20,000 nt of DNA from an uncultured virus (IMG/VR IMGVR_UViG_3300002220_000874) (Duplodnaviria > Heunggongvirae > Uroviricota > Caudoviricetes > Crassvirales): IMG/VR virus record IMGVR_UViG_3300002220_000874. One strand, 5' to 3'. Below the pieces are notes generated by a model, which made no database searches, was not told the DNA's origin, and worked only from the letters and a program-made list of their open reading frames with translations. Both the position numbers and the translations under genes were made by a program. Shown piece by piece: positions 8,420 through 17,849 of the stretch; positions within the stretch are counted from its first letter, which is position 1; each line of letters opens with the position of its first letter.

Positions 8420-9892
8420 ATGAGAATTGTAAGACCAGAAGCAATATACAACTCGGACATCTATAATGATGAAAACGTATTGTATAATTTTAAACTACTT
8501 AGTCCTGTTAAGTTAAAGCAGAACTTAACTTATCTTTGGGGTAAAGATAGTGATATTTTTCCTTTGTCTTTCTTGACTGAAGGTCAAGGTGCTTTTAAAT
8601 CTATGACATCTAAACTTAATGACACTCAATATACTTGGGATGTTATAGGTAGGATGAAACACGTATCTCCTATGGTAGGATTAGCTAATGTTAATGTTAC
8701 TACAGCAGGTAAAGGTTATACTTCTTTCGAAGTTATTATGAAAGATAATTGGTTTATTAAGGACTATACTGTTACATCTCCTGATGGTCGTTCTACTTGT
8801 CGTGTACAATCAGAAGGACGTCAAATTGGTGTTGACAGGTGGTTGTATGTGTTTGAACTAATTACAGGTTCAGATAATGAATTTGTAGCCATTGAAAACT
8901 TTGAAGAAGGTAAATTCTGGGTACAAGGTGCGCCTATCATTCCAATGAGTAAATCAGATGGTAATAGGTCTAACAGAATGGCTCCAGGTGAAATGACTAA
9001 TCAATTTGGTGCATTTCGTTTTTCAGATAACATTGCAGGTAACGTTGCAAATAAAGTTATTGATATCGAATTTGATACCGAAGGAGGTGGTAAAACTAAT
9101 ATGTGGATGCCTCTTCAAATGGCTCAGTTTGAACGTGAGAAAAGACTTACTCTTGAGTATGCTCTTTGGGAACAACGTTACAACAGAGACTCTAAGGGTA
9201 TAATTCATCTTAAAGATCCTGAGACAGGTGAAGTTATTCCTACAGGTGCTGGTGTATTCCAACAACTTGAAGCAATTGGTAACTTTGATACTTATTCAAA
9301 TCTTACTCTTCGTAAATTTGATAATACTATCAATGCTATCTTCTCTAATAGGGTAGATGATACTCCTATTGAAATTGTTCTATATACTGGATTAGGTGGT
9401 GCTAGACAATTCCACGCAGCTGTTATGTCAGATGCTCAAACAAATCAATACTTCACTCCACTTGGAGACCATGTTATTGATGAGGCAAATGGTTATATGA
9501 CATATGGTAAATACTTTAATAGGTATAAGACTGTTGATGGTAAAATCATAACTGTTAAGCAAACTAATTATTTCGATCATGGTTTGAAAGCTGAACAGCA
9601 ACGTGCTAACGGTGAAATGATTGATGGTCTTCCACGTGATAGTTATACTATGACATTCCTTGACCATTCTAAGAGAAACAATGGCGAACGTAATATTTAT
9701 ATGGTTGCTGAGAAAGGTCGTGAGAATATTGTAGGTATCTATAAAGGTATGTCTCCTCTTCCTGGTGCTTGGGGTGCTTTGAATAGTCTTCTTTTATCTA
9801 CAAGGAAAGATGTGGCATCTTACGAAAATATCGTAACTCAAGGTATCGCTATTACCAATCCTACCACTTGTTTCTATATGGAACGTATGTAA
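8420..9892 (+). CDS. Major capsid protein (HK97 fold, crAss-like)
   Basis: 490 aa. YTWDVIG, EYALWEQRYN, IPTGAGVFQQL, VLYTGLGGARQF and YFNRYKTVDGKIITV resemble crAss-like MCP segments. Position after portal/scaffold fits, and codon usage suggests high expression (many CGT, GGT, TTC, AAC). Confidence 0.9.
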   Translation: MRIVRPEAIYNSDIYNDENVLYNFKLLSPVKLKQNLTYLWGKDSDIFPLSFLTEGQGAFKSMTSKLNDTQYTWDVIGRMKHVSPMVGLANVNVTTAGKGYTSFEVIMKDNWFIKDYTVTSPDGRSTCRVQSEGRQIGVDRWLYVFELITGSDNEFVAIENFEEGKFWVQGAPIIPMSKSDGNRSNRMAPGEMTNQFGAFRFSDNIAGNVANKVIDIEFDTEGGGKTNMWMPLQMAQFEREKRLTLEYALWEQRYNRDSKGIIHLKDPETGEVIPTGAGVFQQLEAIGNFDTYSNLTLRKFDNTINAIFSNRVDDTPIEIVLYTGLGGARQFHAAVMSDAQTNQYFTPLGDHVIDEANGYMTYGKYFNRYKTVDGKIITVKQTNYFDHGLKAEQQRANGEMIDGLPRDSYTMTFLDHSKRNNGERNIYMVAEKGRENIVGIYKGMSPLPGAWGALNSLLLSTRKDVASYENIVTQGIAITNPTTCFYMERM

Positions 9893-9934
9893 TCATATTA
9901 GCCTAAGAAGTTAAATTAAATAACAAATTAAACA

Positions 9935-10942
9935 ATGGCACTATTAAAAAGAGAAATAAAGTTAGAGTGGAAAGTAAATCCTAATTATTTTACAGTAGTT
10001 AATTCAAAGAATTTAACTATGCCTGTTAAAAGAATAGGTAGCGCAAGACCCTCAGTTAATCGTATGTTAAGTAACGATGAAATGATGCGAGCATTAATGC
10101 CTAATATACTTGGCATTGACCCTACAAGTCAATCTTCAAATTGGACAAAAGAAGTAGCAGAATATTGGCACTCGTTGTGTATTGAAGTTCCTCAACAAGG
10201 ACTTACTTTAAATACATCAATGTTGTTTGATATAGGTGATGGACATCCTATTAGAAGTAAATACATAAAGCTTTTCTTAGAAAAGAATAAAAGTATTGAT
10301 ACTTCTGATGCTATGATGGAAGCACTTACTTCTCCTGCTTCTAAGTTGAAAGTATCTGAAGAAGAACTTTATCGTTACGGTTCACCTGAATCTATAACTG
10401 ATTATATGTTATGGGTTTATTGTAAGAATTATCGTCTAGTTGCAAATGACTTAGATAGTATAAACAAAAGTAACAGAATTGAATTTTATATGTATGATAT
10501 TCAAAGCAAGGCAGAAGCTAAGAAACAATCATCTAAGAAAGTTCTTGATGCTACTCAATTATTTGTTAAACTATCTTCTGACCCAACTGCACTAAAAGAT
10601 ACACTTTGTATTCTAGCTCCTGATAGAATTAAGAGTATTGTTTCTATGTCTAATGAAGATATAACTCTTGAACTTCATCAATTGTTAATGAATAAACCTT
10701 CTGATTTTGTAACTGTTGCAACAGATAAAAATCTTAATATGAAAGCTAAGATTGAAATGTATATCGCTGTTAATGTTTTAAAGCGACATCTTGAGTCTAA
10801 AGCAATAGTGGATGCAATTGATCAAACAAGGGTTATTGGTTATACTTTAGAAGAAGCTATAGTTTATCTATCATCTGAGGAAGTAGATAAGAAAAAGTAC
10901 TTAAATGATTTAGAAATAAGATTTAAAAATACTATTAAGTAA
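9935..10942 (+). CDS. Conserved crAss-like protein downstream of MCP, function unknown
   Basis: 335 aa intact ORF with an A-rich leader. Motifs (LGIDP...W...V.EYW, IGYTLEEAIVYL) and position recall the conserved post-MCP gene of crAss-like phages. Confidence 0.6.
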   Translation: MALLKREIKLEWKVNPNYFTVVNSKNLTMPVKRIGSARPSVNRMLSNDEMMRALMPNILGIDPTSQSSNWTKEVAEYWHSLCIEVPQQGLTLNTSMLFDIGDGHPIRSKYIKLFLEKNKSIDTSDAMMEALTSPASKLKVSEEELYRYGSPESITDYMLWVYCKNYRLVANDLDSINKSNRIEFYMYDIQSKAEAKKQSSKKVLDATQLFVKLSSDPTALKDTLCILAPDRIKSIVSMSNEDITLELHQLLMNKPSDFVTVATDKNLNMKAKIEMYIAVNVLKRHLESKAIVDAIDQTRVIGYTLEEAIVYLSSEEVDKKKYLNDLEIRFKNTIK

Positions 10943-11961
10943 TGTTCAATACAGTAAAAGAAGTACATATCGCTGTAGAAAACGGATTGCAACATATTAC
11001 TGCAAATCGTAAACAGTCTATCAAACCTGAATATATTGATATAGCTCTCAATATGTCATTGTTAAAGTATATTGATGAATCTCTTACACCTGAAAAAAGT
11101 AAAATACAAAAAGGGTTTGAGCATAATCAGGTTGATTATGATGAGTTTGAACCTTTACGTGATAATGCTTCATTACCTGTATATTATGAAGATGGTATTT
11201 ATTTTAGTCTTATTCCTTACAATTATAAAAATCATATTAATTCAAGTATAAATATTTTATACAATAGAGCTTTGAATACAATTCCAGTAACAACAGAAGT
11301 AGAAACGAAATATGTTTATCGTGTTTCGTTTCCTACTCCTGCTAATACTGGAAACTTATATCCTATCTTAACTGTTAGTATTACTAAAGGAAAAGTAATA
11401 ACTACTTATACTCCTAATATTCCTATTTATACTAAGGATGGTTTGTTTATATTAATCAATGATATAATTCAATACTTTCAGAAAAATAATCAGGCCGAAG
11501 TATATTGGCAAGATTATAATGGTGCTTTCTATGCTAATCAATTAATCTTTTGTTTTAATGAAGAAGTTAGTGTTGCAATAAATAATACAAATGCTGTTCC
11601 TATTGATATAACATTTGAAAAGGTTACAAATGTACATAATAAGGTAGCATCTTGTTTTATTACTAAAACTAAAACTAAAAGTTATTCAGAACAAAACTTT
11701 TATCATATGTCTAATTCACATAGGCATATAAAATTGAGTATGCAAAGAGGACTTATTATAATTGATGATGCAGTTAACTTTAGACCTGTTAAACTTAGTA
11801 TGGATTATATTAAAATCCCTAGAATAATTAATTATCGAACTGATACTTTATCTGAGATTAAAATCAACGATAAAATTATTAATCTTACTGTCCAACATCT
11901 TAAAGCATTAATTAAAGATGAAGGATATCAATTTATGTTAAATGAAAATAAAACCATTTAA
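10942..11961 (+). CDS. Head-tail adaptor / tail ring protein
   Basis: N-terminal helices (VKEVHIAV...LQ...PEYIDIALN), GFE motif, and C-terminal MDYIKIP...DKIINLTV are typical of crAss-like ring proteins. TAATG coupling with the upstream gene. Confidence 0.6.
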   Translation: MFNTVKEVHIAVENGLQHITANRKQSIKPEYIDIALNMSLLKYIDESLTPEKSKIQKGFEHNQVDYDEFEPLRDNASLPVYYEDGIYFSLIPYNYKNHINSSINILYNRALNTIPVTTEVETKYVYRVSFPTPANTGNLYPILTVSITKGKVITTYTPNIPIYTKDGLFILINDIIQYFQKNNQAEVYWQDYNGAFYANQLIFCFNEEVSVAINNTNAVPIDITFEKVTNVHNKVASCFITKTKTKSYSEQNFYHMSNSHRHIKLSMQRGLIIIDDAVNFRPVKLSMDYIKIPRIINYRTDTLSEIKINDKIINLTVQHLKALIKDEGYQFMLNENKTI

Positions 11962-11973
11962 AACTTTACTATT

Positions 11974-12891
11974 ATGTTTAATGTTCTCGTATTACAACCA
12001 AACGCTGACCCATTAAATGATGTCTATGGATTTGACATAGATTTCACTGCTCCTGATATAGCTGACCTTAAAGTAGGTGCTGTAGTTGTAGCTAAATCTG
12101 ATGGCTCATTAATTGAAAATGCTGTTGACCCTGCTACAGACATAGCTCTAACTGCTGGACAACACATTAATTTTGTAGTTAACACTATTAATGGATTAAA
12201 GAAAAGTGTTGACTTAAAACGTGGAGGTATTCGCTATACTAAAGAAGAGCATCTCACTCCTGAAGCAAAAGAAATCGAAGTTACTATTGCTGCTCCTGCT
12301 GATTTAACTCCTTTTGTTGGTCAGTATGCTTCTATTACTTTTACTAATAAAATGATTCCTGAGTTTAATCAAACTCGTTTGAAGTTTGTTAGTGTTGAAT
12401 TAACAGAAGATAATGTTGTAAGTATTGATGATGTAATGGATGATTTGGTTGATGCTATCAATCATACTATTCCTTATGTAACAGCGGTATATGCACTAGG
12501 AGTATTAACTCTTACAGGTGAAGCTGGATTTGATTTTGCTATAAGTGCTGGAGATATCATTCGTGATTCTGCTATAGAAGTTACTATTCCTGTAGTATTT
12601 GGCACTCCTAATGCTGCTCTTGTTAAGCGTATTCAAGAGTTATCTTCTTATGATGGAGTTAATATTAGCAAACAAGCTAGTGAACTTTATTCTTTAAGTC
12701 CTGAGATTAATCCTACATTAGCATATAGTCGCTATGTTATTAATATAATTAATCCTATTGGTCCATCTAAAGTTCCTTCTTTTACTTTAACTCAATATAT
12801 CTTTGTACCTGAGGGTATGGCGAATGTAGATGCTGATATACAAGCTGTATTAGATTATCTCATGGGAAATGATACAGCTGCTTGGGCATAA
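11974..12891 (+). CDS. Putative auxiliary (decoration) capsid protein
   Basis: 305 aa, acidic, Ala/Val/Thr-rich and beta-rich (DDLVDAIN...VLTLTG). Last gene before a strong terminator in the capsid operon, syntenic with the auxiliary capsid gene of crAss-like phages. Confidence 0.5.
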   Translation: MFNVLVLQPNADPLNDVYGFDIDFTAPDIADLKVGAVVVAKSDGSLIENAVDPATDIALTAGQHINFVVNTINGLKKSVDLKRGGIRYTKEEHLTPEAKEIEVTIAAPADLTPFVGQYASITFTNKMIPEFNQTRLKFVSVELTEDNVVSIDDVMDDLVDAINHTIPYVTAVYALGVLTLTGEAGFDFAISAGDIIRDSAIEVTIPVVFGTPNAALVKRIQELSSYDGVNISKQASELYSLSPEINPTLAYSRYVINIINPIGPSKVPSFTLTQYIFVPEGMANVDADIQAVLDYLMGNDTAAWA

Positions 12892-12903
12892 CCTAGTATT
12901 AAT

Positions 12904-12934
12904 AAAGCCCTATTTATTCAATAGGGCTTTTTTT
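12904..12934 (+). terminator. Rho-independent terminator (possibly bidirectional)
   Basis: Perfect 11-bp stem AAAGCCCTATT / AATAGGGCTTT with loop TATTC, running into a T7 tract (12928-12934). Starts 13 nt after the stop at 12891. Confidence 0.9.
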
Positions 12935-12945
12935 CTCTTCTCATT

Positions 12946-14802
12946 ATGATACTAACCGTAACACCTCATATCGTTACTAACATACCTCAAGTAGGAGATA
13001 TAACTACCACTATTGAACATGATGGTAGAATTATTATTTTTGATAGTAATGGTACAACAGTTTTAAATAAACTTTTAAGTGAAGTTGCAATAGAGTTCGA
13101 AGATAATGAACCATTTTATCTAAAAGATACAGATGGATATGCAGTTGAAGTTAACTATAAAGCAACAGAAGCAGTAGATGAATTTGGTGAACCATCAGGA
13201 GTATCTGTCTATCCTTTAATATTTGATATTAAAGCACCTTACGTATTTACTCAAATTCCTATAGGTATAAGAATTGAAAATAATGCCAATGGAGTATTTT
13301 ATAAAATGTTTAACTTTTTTGGATATGATTACGATTTACCATTATATATATTATCATCTGCCCTCCAATCAGGAAATCAGACTTTATCGAGTTTTACAAT
13401 TATAAATAATCCTCTTAATAATATTAAGAATATATATAAGAATAATAATAGTAAGGCAACTGCTATTAAATATTACTTTGATAATCATATTGTTTCTACA
13501 TCAGAAGATTTCTCAAAAGAGATTGATAATGATGTGAATGTTCATATGTGGTCTGAATATGTTTGGATAGTATATAATCAAATATTTAGAACTACTCATA
13601 CCTCTGCTGTTCAAAATCTATATAAATTTCAATTTCACCCTGATGTATATATAGAAAAGAATTATACTGATGATAATCTTCAAGTAGGACAAGAAGTTGA
13701 ATTACTTATAACATTTGATTTTACAAATCAAGTAAAATTTTATATTGATGGAAACGAACATAATCTTGGTAGAAATAATGGAATTGAAGTTAACGTATAT
13801 GATAAAGCTAATACATTAGTTTCTTCTCATAAAGAATTACACTATATGCTCGGTGTTCCTGTTCCTATTAGTACATCATGTTCCTTTACATCACAATCTA
13901 ATGGTGAACATAGAATTGAAGTAAACTATTCAATCTTAGGTCGTGAAGCAAATCGTCATTTAACTAAATACTCGGGTGGAATTAATGGAGCTAACTTTAT
14001 TATTGCTTATTCCGATGATGAGGCACATCCTATAGGAGATATATTATCTCTTGCGCCTAATGAAGAACTTCCTAAAACTTCTACTTTTGTATTAATTCCT
14101 TGTTATGTTACTACTAGTGAATTGACATACAATATGTATTATAATGAACCTTATACAAATGAGGTTATTCCAAATACAGGACAAGTAGTACTTCATACAA
14201 TAGAATACCCTCTTGTTATACCTCAAGTAGGAAGAGTATCTCCAGTTGTATCTGTGTTTAATTATTTAAAAGAAGATACAATAAATATATTAGATAGATT
14301 TGATATATCTCAACGAGATACAAATACTTATATTGTTTCTAATTTAACAGACGAAGATTTATATATTAGATTAAATCATCTAGTGGGTGAAGAATTTGAA
14401 ACAGGTGATATTGAAACTTTATCTGATTCTAAAACTCTTACACTAGAAGATGGTATTTATCAATTAGAGATTTCATCTGATAATCAATTTAACAAAGAAC
14501 CATATTATAGAGTAGTATTGCTACCTGTGTATGGTAAACTTATAGGGTATGAGATTGATTTTATTAATATGCTTATGAATGATTGTATTGGTAAAACTAT
14601 TGATTATCGTAACTTCTATGACTTTACTGCTTTCAATTTTCTTACTAATATTTTTTATAAATTACTTGTAAATTCTCAAACCTTTTACTATATTTATAGC
14701 GACACAATCCCTGATAGCATATTGAAACAGTTGTACTCTGCCGATGAAATATTGAAACGATTAAATGAATATGTTGCAAACTATGATAGGAAACGAAATT
14801 AA
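12946..14802 (+). CDS. Putative virion structural protein (tail hub/collar-like, beta-sandwich domains)
   Basis: 618 aa, beta-strand-rich with Ig-like patterns and a helical C-terminus. First gene after the terminator, ahead of fibre-like genes. Confidence 0.4.
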   Translation: MILTVTPHIVTNIPQVGDITTTIEHDGRIIIFDSNGTTVLNKLLSEVAIEFEDNEPFYLKDTDGYAVEVNYKATEAVDEFGEPSGVSVYPLIFDIKAPYVFTQIPIGIRIENNANGVFYKMFNFFGYDYDLPLYILSSALQSGNQTLSSFTIINNPLNNIKNIYKNNNSKATAIKYYFDNHIVSTSEDFSKEIDNDVNVHMWSEYVWIVYNQIFRTTHTSAVQNLYKFQFHPDVYIEKNYTDDNLQVGQEVELLITFDFTNQVKFYIDGNEHNLGRNNGIEVNVYDKANTLVSSHKELHYMLGVPVPISTSCSFTSQSNGEHRIEVNYSILGREANRHLTKYSGGINGANFIIAYSDDEAHPIGDILSLAPNEELPKTSTFVLIPCYVTTSELTYNMYYNEPYTNEVIPNTGQVVLHTIEYPLVIPQVGRVSPVVSVFNYLKEDTINILDRFDISQRDTNTYIVSNLTDEDLYIRLNHLVGEEFETGDIETLSDSKTLTLEDGIYQLEISSDNQFNKEPYYRVVLLPVYGKLIGYEIDFINMLMNDCIGKTIDYRNFYDFTAFNFLTNIFYKLLVNSQTFYYIYSDTIPDSILKQLYSADEILKRLNEYVANYDRKRN

Positions 14803-15562
14803 TATATTAGGAGATAAGTGTAGAATAAATACCTATTTAGATAGGTATGCTTCTGCTATTGATGCACATTTGAAATCTCATTATCAAGAAGAAGATTTTA
14901 AAAGTACATCAAATAAAATATATAATTCAGCGATTATATTATTCTCCTATAAGTATGCAAGTCTTATTGCATATCTTCTTAATTTTAATTCCTATTCTTC
15001 TCTCGAAACAAGATTTAAAATATATAAAGTTAAATCTAAGTTAGCAACATTAGGTATTAATTTTGATGATATTCTTAGTATCTTTAGTGTTCCTAGAAAA
15101 TATAATGATGCTACTGATATTGAGAATATTCTTATAGGCAATAGTCCTATTCACATTGAGTCTAAAGAGTTTATTACAACTACAGGAAATAATCAATCTG
15201 AGTTTACTATACCTGTTGTAGAAAGTTTCTTAGTTTATTCTGCTAATACAATTAGTAATGTTGATATTATAGGTTTAGACATTTATCAACATTCAACAGC
15301 AGGCTATCTAGGAGTAGTCGGATTACCATTTAATGATTTCTTTGATAGTTATCCAATGTTCTTATTTCCTGTTTCTCGTCAAGTATTAGAGATAAGAGAA
15401 TATAATACTCAGGACGATATTACATCAGGATTTACACACATGGGTATGGTAATGGTTGATGATATTCTCTATAATGTATATGTGTATAGAGATAAAACAT
15501 TAAGTAATGAAACTGATCCTCTTAAACTATCTATCTTATTTAATACAATAGAAAATGAATAA
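14783..15562 (+). CDS. Putative tail hub/fibre-associated structural protein
   Basis: Start uncertain (in-frame ATGs at 14765, 14771, 14783). Helical N-half and a beta-rich C-terminal module resembling those of the next two genes. Confidence 0.4.
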   Translation: MIGNEINILGDKCRINTYLDRYASAIDAHLKSHYQEEDFKSTSNKIYNSAIILFSYKYASLIAYLLNFNSYSSLETRFKIYKVKSKLATLGINFDDILSIFSVPRKYNDATDIENILIGNSPIHIESKEFITTTGNNQSEFTIPVVESFLVYSANTISNVDIIGLDIYQHSTAGYLGVVGLPFNDFFDSYPMFLFPVSRQVLEIREYNTQDDITSGFTHMGMVMVDDILYNVYVYRDKTLSNETDPLKLSILFNTIENE

Positions 15563-16664
15563 AGGAATTGTATTTAAAGTTTCTACATTTAAGATTAATG
15601 TAGGACTTCCAATAGATGATAGAACAGTTTTAAGTTCTGCTGAACGTGAAAGGCTGATAACTCTTCGTAGGTATAAGTGGATGATTGTAACAAATGAGGA
15701 AAATGGTAAACTATATCAGTTACAACCTCCTAAGATAAATAATACTTTTATTAATGATGCTCCTTTAGAAGAATGGATATTTAATATTATTCAAACAGAT
15801 GTTGGAGCAATTCTTACTCAAGATCTTACAACATTTACACAAGAATTAAATCTACCAGCAGGTACATATCCTGCGGGTATGACTATTGAAGATTTACTTA
15901 GAATATTACTGATAAGAACTCGTGCAGCTGTACCTCCTACTATTAATATTACTCCTACTCAAGTACTTAGAGAAAAAGGTTCTACTGGTAATATAACGTT
16001 TAATCATGTTTATACTATTAATGATCTTCCTCCATCACAATGGGAAAATGAAATAAAATGGTATGCCGATAATATTGTACAAGGAGATAATACTATTCCT
16101 TTCTTTAATCTATTATCTGCTATCTCTGTTCATGCTACAAGAAATTATAATAAAGTAGACCCTAGTCCTGGTATAGAACCTGGTTTTCCTGCTGGTACAG
16201 CTATTAGTCCTACTAGATATATTACTCCTGTATTACCTTATTATTTTGGTAGAAGTACTAGTGATTATTTCTTTAAACCTGAGAATATAAGTCAAGCGAG
16301 AATACAAAGTTTTCTCAATAATAATAATACTGGAAATAGTAGAGCTTGTACTAAAGTATTAGGTTTAGCACCATCTATTATAAGTATTCCTTATCCTGAT
16401 TGGCAAGATACTGATGGAATATGGGATTGGAAATATGTATTAATACCTAAATCATGGAATAAAATAATCAGTTCATATTTTCATAATGGATTAGATGCAG
16501 GTATAGTAGGAACAGGAGCATGGTCAGTGATTACAGAATTTACTCTAAATAGTCCAACAGATATATGGTTTAATGAACCATATATTTTATACTCTACTGC
16601 TTATAGAGTTGGCGGTGATTATTCACTTCAAGATTTATATAAATTTTATTTACTTAACGTATAA
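15555..16664 (+). CDS. Putative tail/head fibre protein 1
   Basis: N-terminal LPIDDRTV...RYKWMIV attachment-like module, Pro/Thr-rich Ig-like middle, and aromatic beta-rich C-terminus. Confidence 0.55.
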   Translation: MNKGIVFKVSTFKINVGLPIDDRTVLSSAERERLITLRRYKWMIVTNEENGKLYQLQPPKINNTFINDAPLEEWIFNIIQTDVGAILTQDLTTFTQELNLPAGTYPAGMTIEDLLRILLIRTRAAVPPTINITPTQVLREKGSTGNITFNHVYTINDLPPSQWENEIKWYADNIVQGDNTIPFFNLLSAISVHATRNYNKVDPSPGIEPGFPAGTAISPTRYITPVLPYYFGRSTSDYFFKPENISQARIQSFLNNNNTGNSRACTKVLGLAPSIISIPYPDWQDTDGIWDWKYVLIPKSWNKIISSYFHNGLDAGIVGTGAWSVITEFTLNSPTDIWFNEPYILYSTAYRVGGDYSLQDLYKFYLLNV

Positions 16665-16670
16665 CAAACA

Positions 16671-17849
16671 ATGTCAAGACAAATAACACAACCATTACTT
16701 AATACAGCTCCTCTTCCTTTAGATGCCAAAAAAGGACCTTTTATAGGAATAGATGAAGCTACTGCTATAGCTGCTGCATTAGCTGCTATACCCGAACATG
16801 GTAGACACTTAGGATTAACTGTTATATTAATTATTAATGATGTAGCAGAAGATTATTATTTTAAAAATAGTATAGGTACATTAGTAAAAAAGAATACTGC
16901 TACAGCAGATGATATATCTTTAGCTACAGGGATTGATGTTACTGATACTCTACAAGCAATTCAAACTGCCGCTGTTTCTGCTAAGCTTGTATTAGAAACA
17001 AATAAACCTATTACTAGAAATTTTAGTTCTCTTAATGGTTTGACTATTAATAGAAATACAGCAGGAGCAGCAACAGGTAATATGGCACACTTAATTGATT
17101 TTATTAATGCTATATTCTTTCCGTTTAATCCTCATACAATAGCTTGTGCTATTAGTGGAGCAACAACCAGAGAAGTTAATAATACAACTGTTGTAACTAT
17201 TACTGCTACAGTAACAAAGAATAATGATACATTACTTAATACAAGGCAACTATTTGTTCGTCCTGCTGGAGAAGCTGCTCAAGAAATAGTAGGAGTTTAT
17301 GCAGGATTTACTTGGAATAATGTTGACCCTGCTCCAGGAAGTTATGGTAATAAAGTAGTTAGTTATATCGCTAGTGTATTAATTGAAAAAGATGATTTAA
17401 ACCCTCCAACAATGGAAACAATAACTGCAACAAAAACTATCAATTATATTTATCCTATATTTGTAGGTAAAGCAGCAGCACATATCACAACAGGTGCAGA
17501 ACTATTAGTAGCAATTGGTGCTAGTAATGCTGTTAAGAAATTAACTAATTCTAGTTTTACAACAAGTGGTGGAGAAAGTACATTACTGTCTACTAATGAT
17601 GGTACTTATAAATTTATTGCTGTTCCTGCTGCATTAACTGTTACAGCATTTGCATCAGGATTAGATGGAGGAGTTATTCCAGGAGCTTCACCAACTTCTA
17701 CATTCCAAGCGTCAGGTATTAAAGAAGATGATTTTGTATCTGCGGATTTTGGATGGGGAATAGTGTTAGGTGGAGTACCTTATAAGATTTATAATACACA
17801 TAACAAAGTAGCATTTGATGTAGCAGGTGTAACATTTACTATAGCATAA
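16671..17849 (+). CDS. Putative tail/head fibre protein 2
   Basis: N-terminal PLPLDAKKGP...RHLGLTV...DYYF module, Ala/Thr/Gly-rich. Paralogous to both neighbours. Confidence 0.55.
   Translation: MSRQITQPLLNTAPLPLDAKKGPFIGIDEATAIAAALAAIPEHGRHLGLTVILIINDVAEDYYFKNSIGTLVKKNTATADDISLATGIDVTDTLQAIQTAAVSAKLVLETNKPITRNFSSLNGLTINRNTAGAATGNMAHLIDFINAIFFPFNPHTIACAISGATTREVNNTTVVTITATVTKNNDTLLNTRQLFVRPAGEAAQEIVGVYAGFTWNNVDPAPGSYGNKVVSYIASVLIEKDDLNPPTMETITATKTINYIYPIFVGKAAAHITTGAELLVAIGASNAVKKLTNSSFTTSGGESTLLSTNDGTYKFIAVPAALTVTAFASGLDGGVIPGASPTSTFQASGIKEDDFVSADFGWGIVLGGVPYKIYNTHNKVAFDVAGVTFTIA

Noticed and set aside
8405..8420. Perfect 16-bp palindrome TAATAAATATTTATTA touching the MCP start codon
   Set aside because: A/T only. 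About one palindrome of this length is expected by chance in 20 kb at this composition, and the hairpin would be weak.
9006..9667. Three short alternative-frame or antisense ORFs within the MCP gene
   Set aside because: Expected by-products of MCP codon bias; no recognisable features.
11662..11679. (ACTAAA)3 microsatellite encoding TKTKTK
   Set aside because: Short, in frame and unremarkable in AT-rich DNA.
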